Assembly (NCBI GenBank): GCA_021613535.1
Contig: CP075493.1
Span: 11,904,001-11,968,000 of the forward strand
DNA from: Adineta vaga
Lineage: Eukaryota; Animalia; Rotifera
Direction: 5' to 3'
DNA length: 64,000 bases
Positions 1 to 12,600 of the stretch are shown here, one piece after another. Both the position numbers and the translations under genes were made by a program. Under the pieces are notes generated by a model, which saw only the letters and a list, made by a program, of their open reading frames with translations, was not told where the DNA came from and did no database searches. Within the stretch, counting starts at the first letter, position 1. The number at the start of each line of letters is the position of its first letter.

Positions 1-1695
1 GTGTCACTCATTGACGTCAATTTATGTTCATTTTAACAACAATTACTCATTTTGTTTTATTTCCGTATCCATTAAACGACTTTGTCCTTTTAGTTTTTGT
101 TGTAAGTCGTCACATGCATTATAATGCATAAAACTAATCGAGATAAAAGCCAGTTTATGTGCCTTTTTCCTATGGATTCAGTTCCTGCAAAAGCTATAGC
201 GCCTGCATGCTTATCATGACTTTTTCCTGATTGACGATATTTTGATTTTTACAATTCATTTTACAATGAACAATTCACTCTTGAAAAGAATATATCGCAG
301 TATAAAAGATTTGATTAACAATTGTTTGACATCGTGAATAAATATTCATACTTTTTGTTACGCATACTACCAATGGAAATAACCACGTGTAAAGTAATCA
401 CATAATCACAATTCAATGAGAAAACACCCTAAAAGTCTTCACTTCAGAGGAAGATTGAGTACCAATGAATTACTGTCTAAGAAAAATATTTCCTTAGGAT
501 TTAACTCAGTTAGTTAAATTCTAAGATGTAAACCCAATTTATCATGTATTGAATAATGGTAATATTAAACGAACCAATGATGTTGTTAAATCGAAAAGAC
601 AGTTTGATACGTTTCCAGTAATTTCATATTGGTTACTGATAGTTTATTCATTCGAAAGATCATCTCAAATTTTAGTATTTGCAGTTGAGATATATGATTC
701 ATAATCTATGTTACCCATTCCTTTCCACACCAATAGAAATCTTTTACTTTTAAAGTCAATCGAATCTAACTCGGCATACTCTTAAGTATGAGTATCAACA
801 TTGATAATGATCTTTTATAGGACAATTTAAGTGTTAATATTGACGTATAGTGCAAACATTCGAATGATATGCAGCAGTCAGTTTTATAGCAAAATATTGA
901 TGATTCTGTAGGATACTACTATGAGTTCTCACTAATCTAAGGACATTTTCTTCACAGTTAAAGATTCAAGATTGCGAAATTTTGATATTAGGAACGTAAT
1001 CTGACTAGTTCATTGAGCAGATCCATCAAAATAAAGATGTTTAAATAGACTCAAACTTCTATTTGAGTTCTGATCGTAAGAAAGATCAAATTGGATTAAG
1101 TAAGGTTTGATTGGAAACATTATATAATGATAGATGTGTATCTCAAATATGAATTGAAATAATTGGCTCAGTCAACAAGAGAAAATAATTTTTATAGAGC
1201 ATATTGTATTGAGCCATTAATAATGAACGAAAATCGAGTATACATAATTGATCGATGTGTTTTTAGAGAAGTGCATTGAAACGACTATTCCAACCATGAA
1301 AAGATTCAAGAAGATCAGCAATATTTAGATATGTGAAAATATCTAATAATAATTCGTTGACCAAATTTTCCAATGCTACTTTTTTTTTTATTTTGATACT
1401 TTGGTCTTGTCAACTCGTTGGGTAATATTGGATTGGTGTTATAGATAAAAATCCACGTTATAATTTATTTTTCCTGTAAGATAGCCAAAAAATTCTCTGA
1501 ATCATTTTCTAAAATAGATATGAAAGGAAAACAAAAATATATATAACAACAGCGTGGCGCAGTGAAAAAATGGGTGAGAGTGTGAGTTCGGTATGTATCT
1601 TATAGCAATTCTGCACCTACATACTCACATCATCACTCATCTTTATCAAGTTTATTATGCTTTTCTTCGCAGTTTCAAAACAAAAATATTCCCTT

Positions 1696-4600
1696 CTAAG
1701 AATCGAATTTAAAAGTTGATTTTATGAACTTTTTCAAGCGCATTCTTTTTGTAGAAATTCGACGAATAGTTTCTTCAAGATTGGTTCTATCTGGATGATC
1801 AATTGATAGTCGGGTTTTATAAATCGCTAGAGCTTGTTCATAGTAATCAAGAGCATTATTTTTCATTCCTTGATCTTGTAAAATAGTGCCAATTTTAGTT
1901 AGACTAGTAGCTGTCTTAAGGTGACCAGATGGGTATATATTATCTTCAACCATAAGTGCTCGTTTGTAGAAGTCATATGCTTCATCATAGTTTTCTTGAT
2001 TAAATAAAATGCTGGCAATGGCTTCTAGACTCGTAGCAGTTTCGTCATGTCCGGCAGGGTAATATATTTCTCGCATAGCTAACGCACGGTGGTGGTATTT
2101 GAGAGATTCATCAATTAAGTTTTGATCATCTAGAATAACGGCAATGTTGTATAAGGCATTAGCAAGATCGACATGGCCAGACGGATATCGTTTCTCATAA
2201 ATGGTCACGGGTCGTTTATATAGAACAAGTGCTCCTTCATCGTTTCCTTGTTCACCCATAACGGTAGCAATATCGTTGAGACTTTTAGCGATAGCTACAT
2301 GGTCAGGGGAATAAAATTTTTCTTCTATTGTCAACGATTGTGTAAGAAGACCCATAGCGTCATCATGTTTTCCTTGTTTATATTGAATGTAGGCAATACA
2401 CTTAAGATTCACAGCCATGTCAATATGATCAGAAGGATAACACTGCTTTAACATATCTAGTGCTCTTTGATAAAAGTTCAAGGCTTCCTCATAACTTTCT
2501 TGATCACATAGAACGTGTCCAATACTACGAAGTGTCGAAACGATGTTCACATGACCCGCAGAATAATATTTTTCTTTTACTACTAAGGCTTCTTTATAAA
2601 AGTTGATAGCTTCATCGAACTTTCCTTGTTCGCGTACAGTGAAACCAATATAGCGAAGACTAGAGGCGATACATTCATGACCATTTAAATAATACTTCAA
2701 ACGAATTGACAACGCCTGTCGAGATATTTGAGGGCTTCACTATGGTTTCCCAAATCACATTGAATACTTCCTACATTGTGAAGACTAGTAGCCAAATTAA
2801 TGTGATTGGAAGAAAAGTACTTCTGTCGAATTGTTAACGCTTTTTCATAGTAGTCGAGAGCTTTCACGTACTCTGCTTGCTTGCTAAAAACACATCCAAG
2901 ATAATCTAGACTATCCGCAATGCAAACATGATCATTATTGGAGTAATAGTTCTCTCGAATTGTTAGTGCTTGTTGGTGAGATTCGATAGCCTTATCATAG
3001 TTTCCTAAAACACATCGAAGATTACCTATTCTATGAAAGCTAATAGCCAAAACTGAATGACCAGGGGAATAATATTTCTCTCGGATTTTCAATGCTCTTT
3101 GATGGAAATCGAAAGAATCATCGTATTTTCCTTGCTGGCATAAAATATCACCAATAGTATCGAGACTAGTAGCAATATCAGCATGAAAAGAAGGACTGTG
3201 CTTCTCTAATATTGCTAGTGCTTGTTGATAAAAGTTTAGAGCTTCATCATAATTTCCTTTCCCATTGAGAATAGCACCAATACAATTTAGACTATTAGCA
3301 ACAATAGTATGATTATTAGGATAATATTTTTCTTGCATCGCCAGAGCTCTTTTAATTGAATCATAAGCTTCATCATATCTTCCTTGTTGACGAAAGATAT
3401 TACCTATTGAACAGAGGCTGTTAGCAATAAGAATGTGAACACTACCAAAATATTTCTCTTGTATTGTTAATGCTTTTTGAAAAGCGTCGAGGGATTGATT
3501 ATAGTTTTCTTGGCAATAGAGGACACTGCCAATATCAGATAGACTAGTAGCAATATCAACATGACCAGATGGATAATATTTCTTTTGTATTGCTAATGCT
3601 CGTTGATGAAAATTTGCAGATTCGTCATATTTTTCTTGTCTACATAGGATACAACCAATGCAATTGAAAGTGTTAGAGATATCCACATGCCCAAATGGAT
3701 AGTATTTTTCTTGAATCGCGAGTGCTCTTTTAGAAAATTTAGAGCTTCATCGTATTTGAGTTGACGACATAGCACATCACCAATATTGTTCAACAAATTA
3801 GCCTTTTCTATGTGATCAAAACTATAGTATTTGTCTTGAATATCTAGTGCTTCTTGGATGATACTAACTGCTTCATCCGATTTACCTTGGTAATAAAGAT
3901 AGCATGCCATATTATTAAGATTTTGAGCAATGTCGGCATTGTCAGATGAATCATATGCCTTTCGAATGGTAAGTGCTCGATCATTACATTCAAATGCTTC
4001 CTCATATTTACCTTGTTGATATAAAACTTCGCCAATTTCCGTAAGTACATGAGCAGAATCTTTGATACGAGGTGGCTCTGTCTGCATCATTTGATTATAA
4101 GCATTAATGAAATGATTGTGTGCTGCTGTCCATTCTCCTTTCCAGGAAAGAGTTCGACCAATATAATATTCTATCCATGCTAAATCTTCACCATTTGGAT
4201 TATTTCTTAAGCCTTCAAAATACTTTTTTGATTTCTCCCATCGACCCATATCACACATCAATCTCCCAAACATAATGGCAATACTAAATTGTTCTGTTTG
4301 ATGACGTATATCGTTAATATAATCTTGTACAATAGTTCTTCCTTCACTCGATGCACTCATTTTGATGATCCATAGCTGATCTTCTTGTTGAATACTGTCA
4401 AGTCGGAAGTAACACATAAATCAAAAAGAACTTCTTGTTCATTAGGAAATGCACTAAATTCAGAGATATCAGCGAATATAACTTTGTCACCCAATTCTTG
4501 TATATCACATATAATTTCGAATAGAACAGAATTAGTGTGAGCTTTGCCAGATGAGGGCTTAGCAAAGTTCAATGCTCGTGTTCGAAGACGACTTGTCGAC

Positions 4601-5523
4601 AAGAACCCGTTGGTCGAAATGAATTTCCCTTCATTTTCTTTCAAGATATCAAGTTCATTGTTCGATAGTTGTGTTCCTCGATATAAAGTTAATTTCTGTT
4701 CACCCGACTCGAGAATTTTGTTATGTTCTCGAACAAGACTTTCTGAAAGATCACCAATAAAGAAACGAAATATATGCAATTGATCAATATCTTCTGTTCT
4801 CAATGCTTTGTTGACCATTTTGTAGAGAAATGATTCTTTCGAATACCAAAGAATAGCATTCTTGGATTGATATTTCTCTTCAAATTCGTTAATTAATAGT
4901 TGATCTCTCTGTTGGTTTCGATAATAACTGCGACACACATCGATCATCTGTTTTTTAGCATCCTGATTACGTGGTAATCGTAAAATAACATCATTAAATA
5001 GTTGAAACCAAAGAAATTCGGCCGATTGTTTTGATAAAGCTTTTGTTGACTTTTGATGTCGATCATAAATAATAAAAGACTGTGTTTGTTTGTTGATAAT
5101 ATCAACTTGTTCTTGAATAGCCGTACATAATAAGTCAAGTTTAACATAGATACCAATTATTTTAGAGTATTGCCCAAGTAAATGTTCATATTGAGCTTGT
5201 CGATAACAGAATATGAAAATTGTATCAATTTGATCAAGGTTAAAAATACGTGCCAAAATCTCAGAAGCACAGGAACCTGCAGTGATCAAGAATATGTTTT
5301 CTTTATCAATCGAATGAATATAAGTGATACAAACATCGAGATCCGTATGATAGACGACATAATCATTAATTTGACGTAATCGTGTTTTTGTGCGTTCGGT
5401 GTCATTATTAGAACCGATACTAGGATCAAACCAAATAATGGTTATGCTCTCTTTATTCTCAGTTCTATGCATCATTGTATATTGATAATCGGTCATCGTA
5501 GTGGTTGCTGAATCCGTCGTCAT
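1696..5523 (-). CDS. Arginine-type (R-S-E) mono-ADP-ribosyltransferase with N-terminal receiver-like domain and ~20 kinesin-light-chain-like TPRs; ~1,275 aa, split by three 1-bp deletions
   Basis: ART motifs LTLYRG, GFLSTS and FPNEQEVLF (ExE) lie in ORF 4357..5523. The three downstream ORFs carry ~42-aa TPR repeats. Adding one base at ~4407 (..CVT-FRLDSIQ), ~3730 (LNF-xKRALAIQEK) and ~2715 (LDR-ALSIRLK) joins the four ORFs into one intronless frame. Confidence 0.85.
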
Positions 5524-7115
5524 AGTGATTTAAGATGCACTCCAGTATCTTGTTCTAGTTTTTATGATAGTCTATACTAGTCAGTAGAGTGACAACTGAA
5601 TGCATATCAAAATATTTTTCTTATTAATATCATACAGAAATAAATGAATATATGTAATGAGAAGAAACGAAATGAAAATAAAGGTGTGCTTTTATTTCAT
5701 ATAAAGGTTTTTTTCTACATATAAAAAAGAGGAAGTACACCTGTATGAGAATAGAAAAAAACTTTACACACGTTCGAATTATCTTTCACCTTGAGGGTGT
5801 GGGTGAAGACATGTGGTCTGTTTTTATTGTATCTCATAATCACAATCACAGCTACACCTTCAGCCACCCTTAGAATTTGACTCATCAAATTTTAAACTGA
5901 TTCGAGAACATGCTAAGCACTTGTGTCGAGTAGTAATGTTACGTGAATCAACGATAGCGACACCAAGAATAGGTGGTTCTGAGGCTAAACCTTTGCCTCC
6001 ACTACAATCATTTTCACGGCAACCAACGATACCATCGGAATAATATAGCAAAATTTAAACAACAAATACTTCAATAAGACATCACTTGGCATAAAACTGC
6101 GAACAGAAGAAAGTTTTCTGGTATTCAACGTTTTCATAAAGAACTCGTTTACTTGCTTACAATTGAAAGATAATGCCATCTTTCAGAAAAACGAATCGCA
6201 ATGTATAGGATAAGGGTGAATGTGTCGTGAATAGACGAGTCGCCATCATCGGACACATCGATTGACCTCTTACCCGATCATATGCGTAACCGCTGCATCA
6301 TTGTATCTATATATTCTGCTACAGTTATCATCTTTATTTCATTTATCATCGGAATCATGCGAAATATTCAACAAGAGACTGAATCTTTATCATGAGAAAA
6401 AGAAAATCAATGCGCACATTTTCGTTTAACGATAACATCATTAAAAAATACCTTTATCTTATTTACCTTCCTTAATTCCCTCTACTTTCGATATAAATCA
6501 TACTGAACAACGTAGTCATTCGTTTTCGTTCTTTCATCGATAGTAGTCACGAAGGTAATCGTTTTTATTTCTACCATGTTGTGAGTCTCTTATATCAGGG
6601 GATGAAGATAAATCTCCAGCTAACGAATATATCGTAAGCTGAACAACTATACGGACGTATGATCTGATGTGAAATCAAGAATCACGTCAAAAATCCTACC
6701 GGAGATGACTGGAATGGGTGAGGAGATGAAGAAAATGGATGTGGATGAGATGAGGAAAGATGATAATAGTGTTTTATTGGATGAAATCGAATAAAACACT
6801 AAAGAAAATGATAACAAAAGACTGACTAGAGAAAAAGAAAAACAATAATATAAATAAAGATCAGAGATGATCTGAGAAAAAATAGAAAAGAGAAAGAAGA
6901 TATACATATATATATGTGTATATATATGTATAGAAATGAAAGAAAACAACTATGTAGAAGGTAGCGTCACTACCATGTATTGTTGCTCTCTGCTTACGAA
7001 ATGACGCAAACACATTTCTTCCTTCATATAAAATTACGGCTTTATGTTGGAATTTTCCATGTATTTTTCTCTATGTATATATATATACTATTCATTTCAG
7101 AAGATAAGTTTGTAG

Positions 7116-9249
7116 TTTTTGCCGGCATTTATTAACGATGAATGTCTCATTTGTACCAAAAACATCAAAACTGCTGCAACTAAACGAATTATAAGGTACA
7201 ATAACAGCAACAAGAATATATACTTGTTATAAGAATATTTCTTTGAAGATTTAAGAGATCTTGATAAAGAACCAATACCTGGACTAAATGTCTGTTGTCC
7301 TGATGAATCGAATCCATTTATTATACATTGTAATGTATGAATTAAGAAAAAAAAGTTCTATTTGAAATTATAAATTGAAATTTTTGTTTTTGTTCAGGTA
7401 TTGATCAGTGATGGACCATATCGTGGACTTATGATTCATCTAATTCTTCATATTCCAGATGATTATCCATTGACAGGTCCTGCTGGAAATATAGTGCCTG
7501 GTCTAGAATTTGATCGAAGTTATCATGCTCATATTCATGATGATTACATGTACGAATAAAAAATTCTTTTGTTTCTAAATAATAGTTTGTTTTCTTTTTT
7601 TCATAGAAATGGTCACGCTTTATGTAATGATTTGTTGACAAATTATGCTTCGTTCTTTAAACAGGTTGATAATGGTAATGCTAAGCAAGCTAGTGGATGG
7701 AGGTAATTATATATATATATATATATAATCAACATATCGATTTCTGATTCGTTTTCTTATAGTCCAGGCTATACTTTATCAACTGTGCTACTTCAAATTG
7801 TGACATTTTTCGCTGATCCTGACTTTCATTCTGAGATACTTCCAGAGAAAATCGATCTTCTGCGAGCTATGGTTCAAAATTTCCAATGTCAATCATGTGG
7901 TCATACATACGAAAACTCGAACCAACCAGTAATTGACTATTCGGAAAAAATATCAATTTCACAAGTAGAGAATTCTTCCGAACATGATCGATTACATCGT
8001 GAATTACTGGGAAAAATTACTTGCGGTGTTACAAAACAAAATGTTATTGACGATCAAATATGTCTCGGCTATCCATTACTAATTAAACGTGATAATCAAG
8101 GACGTTTATATCCAGAAACGATTTTAGAATTAATATCATACGATGCCTATGTTGCAGAGATACAAAAATCAGGCGAAGATAAATTAGATTTTTATGAAGA
8201 TCTCAAATTTCGTTCTGTGACAGGAAAAGATTACAATGATTGGTTACCGATATTTATTAATGAGAATCATTTTGAAAAAGGACGACAAATTATTGAAAAT
8301 AGTATTAGTATCATATGTCAAGGAACTGCATTAGGTAGTGCTAAATACAATTTTAAACCAAAAATGGCATTGAATGTATTAACAAAATTAATGAATAAAT
8401 CAGGTATACAATTATTTAATGGCGAAATGTATGAATCCAAACAAGCCATCGAAGCATATTGTCATTTTCTACGTTTATTAATGCATTTCATTGATATTTA
8501 TCCAGAATTAGGTAAGAATAAGTTGTTGTTTTTCTTCCATATCTATTGTAAAAAATGATTCCTTTTGTTTTTTTTAGATCGTCTGATTGATGAAACGATT
8601 GGAGATTTTATACAACATCGACGAAATCGAAATAAACGAATTATACCCGATATTGGCGAGTTTTTAATTCAAATAGCTTTATCGAAAAAATATCGATTTC
8701 ATAAGATTAAAAAATATATCTATGAAGAATATTTTGCTCGACAAATTTATTGAATTCAACGAAAAAATGTTGTTCATAATTTGTTAAATATTAAAGCAAG
8801 AGATTTATCCGCAATATTTGAGGCTGCGCAAGTATCAAATCGTTTATTAGTATTCAATTTAGCAATGGCAGAAACATTCATATTCGATGGAGTTAAAGAG
8901 TAAGTTATATGTTTAATTTTTGGTCATATCAGGAATGATTTGTTTATTTAGATGCTTAGACAAAAGATATAGATATGCACGTGATCAAATTATTGAAGAT
9001 TTTCAGAAACGTTTGAAAGATATTAAAGTAATTCATGATTACAAACAGCTTATCAAAGAAATCAAAATTGATAATGTGATTGAATCAACGAATGATGTGA
9101 TTAATTTTCTCATAAATTCAGTCGAAATATCAGATTTACAAGGATATACGACAATACAATCGTCTTCTGAACGTCAAGATCGACGATATTCTTCATCCAG
9201 AGATGACGATTATCCTTCAGAATCTTCATATAAACGATTGAAACGATAA
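7116..9249 (+). CDS. Atypical ubiquitin-conjugating (E2/UBC) domain protein with long C-terminal extension; multi-exon, possibly pseudogenised
   Basis: Manually spliced exons: 7249-7334, 7398-7549, 7607-7702, 7763-8511, 8578-8899, 8952-9249. They give DLRDLDKEPIPG..GPYRG..IPDDYPLTGP..HAHI..NGHALCNDLL (catalytic Cys codon 7623)..GWSPGYTLSTVLLQI. The upstream exon has the helix-1-like TAATKRII but joins out of phase. In-frame TGA at 8751. The start codon is unresolved. Confidence 0.75.
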
Positions 9250-9637
9250 TCATTTTTTTGTGAGAAAAAAAGAGTTATTTGTCTAAATTCAATAAAGTTA
9301 ATTATGATCTATTCGTTTATATTATTAACTTTGACAGTGTGGGTTTTATTATAAAAAGGAGAGATCCATTCTCGTATCCTCATAGTTTTGTTTTAACACG
9401 GATAGAAGAGAAAACTTTTTTCTCGTTCTTTTGTTGTGCAATGATAAATAGAAAAAGAGAAGTCAGGAGGGAGAGACGTGCTCGACTCCAACACGTGTTA
9501 GTCAATTCATATAGATGAAAATATTTACACGAATGCAATTTCAAGATTTTGTATTTTTCTCTTTTAAAGAAAAGAAAGAGAAAAAAACTCTTTTTTCATA
9601 CCGATTGCAAGATTAAAACATCATTTTTGCACCGATA

Positions 9638-12600
9638 ATGGGTCAACAGCTATTCAAAGTCGAGTTTCAAAGCATTAACTCGAATGACACACCATTGAAT
9701 TCAACTGAAATCCTTTACGACGATGAACACCAGTCTATTCCCTTCTTCTTTCCGCTTGAGAACGTTGAAACAACGACTGATGATACTGAACAAGTATTTA
9801 TTGATAAAATTCGTAAGCATCTATTTGGATTAACTCATTCGAACGAATTAGAGCAAATCAATTTGGAAATCAACCGCATTCTTACGAATGAGATTTTTCC
9901 TTCTATCAATGATTATTATAAAAAAGTCATCGAACAAATAAAACTTAATCTAGAAAATCAACATCAATTCCGTACATCTTTGCTAAACAAATTTAAAGAA
10001 GACGAAGATAAAAATCAACCATTCATTGAGGACTTTATTGAAGACGAAATAGATCAACAATCAAACACTAGTAGTGAAACAATTCTCTTCTATTGCCATT
10101 CAATCTTTAGTAACAATTTTACTTTTATTAATTAAATCTGTTGAGAAAACTGATCCGACAATTGTTCAACAGATCATGACGTTAACCTCTCAACTATGTG
10201 ATAAACTTTTCATGATATCTCCATCGATATTATCCGATAGTAGCTTTCTACTTCGATCATTACAACCAGTGCGAGAGTTTTTCTATGAATTATCGTCTAG
10301 AAATGATCCAATTATTGCAACAGCAGCGACGAAAATTCTATTGAAATTTTCTGTTGCTCAATTTTCATTCAAACATACGTTGCCGTTATTGGCCAAACTG
10401 ATACTTGATACAGAAACGATTTATGATGTTCGACGTTTGTTCCTTCTATTGAACAAGACTCTGACGATGAAAATTGAATCAGAAGAAAAACAAAGTATAG
10501 AGTTTTTAAAATCAACTGGAGTTTATCCAAATACTCAACTGATAAAATTAAATAAAAAACTATTTACTGGTCAATTTATCTCTGCCATTATTCTTGCACA
10601 TATCGATGCTGATCATCAACTTCATTCTAGTGAATCACTCAACCATAGTTTAGACCAAAATACATTTTCATTTGAATTTCATCCGACAACCTTTGAAATA
10701 CTCTTCAATATTATTACGCAATTGTCTGCTGATCTCATGGAAAATTCTAATCCTATTATCGTTTATATGTTGACTGTTTGTTTGAGATTATTTACAACAC
10801 ATGTAAGATATTTATCGACACTTCAATCAAATCTTCAGCAAGATTTATCAGCAACTGATCATACTCTAGAAAAAATTCTTCCACAACCTTTCGAAAATGC
10901 TTTCGAACTTGACAAATTTGCTAATGAAAAACAAATATCGAACTGGTTTGAATTATGTTTCAATCTATCACATGATCACAATCAAACTTCAGAAAAAAAA
11001 GTTATTTCTATAGAAGCATCAAAAGCAATTGTTTGCCTTATTCATCTACGAATGACTTCATTTCTAGAGAAGTTGTCATTCATGCATCGATATATCATTG
11101 AAAATCAACATTCAATTCTTATACACCAATTGTTGATCGAATTAAATAGAGATGAACTTTTGCTTAGTTGGATCGCAATTCTCTGCGATAAGAATACCAA
11201 TCAAACAGAAAAAACTACAGTATTGCAAATATTGGAATCTTTTATTGAGATTTGTTTAAATCCATCAGAACAAATAGACAAAGAAAGAGTTGATCAGATT
11301 GAAACAATGCTTCTATTGTTTCAACAGCATCTTATTAGTCAATCATTGCTTCCAACTTCCGTCATTATTCAATATCTGACAAGTTTGTTTCGACACAGTT
11401 CGAGAATGACGAAAAATAATTTATTCGATTCTGCACTCGTTGGCTTATGTTTAATGACGAAGATCAATGAATTGTTCGATTTTACGGTTGTTCAACCCAT
11501 ATTTGCCGCTATTTTACCATTATTAGTCGAGTACATGCTACAAAGTCTAACGAAGGAAGATACTATGTCGAATTATCAGAGCTTAATTTCGTGGCTAATA
11601 GGAAGAATGACTTTTGTTCTGATATCGGGATCACCATTAGATTCTTTAGAAATCAAACATGCCGACAAATTGAAACTCGACATTTTTGCTGGTGGATACG
11701 AATGTCCAACCACTGAGAAGAGTAATTATCTATTAAATTTGCTTAACTCAAATCTTTCTACGTACAGTCAATTTAAGTTGAAAAGCAACACTGAATACTC
11801 AGCATCAGACAAGGCATTTTTAATGTCTATTTTCAATAATATTGGAGATGGTGCAGAACTAATTTTGAAAATGAAAATATTTACTAAGGAAAAGCAGTAT
11901 TTATTACAAAAATCCATTGAAGAACAAGCTAATGATTTGGTCGCTATGGTCTATGCAGTCTACATCAAACATTTTGATCGGTTAAATCTCGCTAAATTTG
12001 AAACCATAGAAAAAAATCAACGACAAACTCACAGTCATCTTCTCTCTATTTTCGAATATGCCAATCATGCTCGAACTGTATTGCGAACCATTAAGGCTAA
12101 AGGTGATGATTGTGATGAGTTTTGTCGACAGGCAAAACAAAATGCATTGTTTCTTCTTTTATCTATTGGAAAAAGTGATTCAATTCCGATAATTACAGAA
12201 GAAACACCTTCGCCAGCTATCGAACTTCCGCCAACAAAACCAGATCGATTCCAACGACAAGTCTCTCGATGGTCAAAAGCGAAACATGTCTTAAAATTAC
12301 TTCGATGTTTAATGCAAGCTTGTATTCGATTCAAGAAATTAATGCGAAAGAAACAAGCACGACAACAGCGTATCGATGCTGAAAGTCTTCTTAGACACAC
12401 GATCAATGAATTTATTTATAAAGAAAAAGATTTAGAACTCGATGAACTAAAACAATGTCTCGATCGACAACACGAACGAGCAATCACACGATTAATTACT
12501 TATCGATTTGCTCAAAAATTTATGCAGAATGTTACTGAATTGAATAATCAGTCACAAGTATTGATGATACTGTCCATTTTTATACCAATGTTAAGAATAT

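Noticed and set aside
200-1300. Possible ancient F-box/LRR relic (similar hints at 19640-20400)
   Set aside because: Too degraded to support from the sequence alone.
1550-1630. tRNA or tRNA-derived SINE (tggcgcagtg A-box-like, gagttcgg B-box-like)
   Set aside because: No cloverleaf, a poor B-box and no second copy in the window.
2715-4410. Programmed -1 ribosomal frameshifting in the ART-TPR gene
   Set aside because: There are no consistent X XXY YYZ slippery sites or downstream structures. Three events in one gene, with similar ones elsewhere, fit sequence error or decay better.
5840-6420. Possible transposase relic (PRIGGS..KP; TSIRHHL)
   Set aside because: The motifs are too short, there are many stops, and no DDE motif or terminal repeats are visible.
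6647-6949. 100-aa hydrophobic ORF and other short antisense ORFs in the track
   Set aside because: These are reverse complements of purine-rich or low-complexity tracts, or shadows of real genes.
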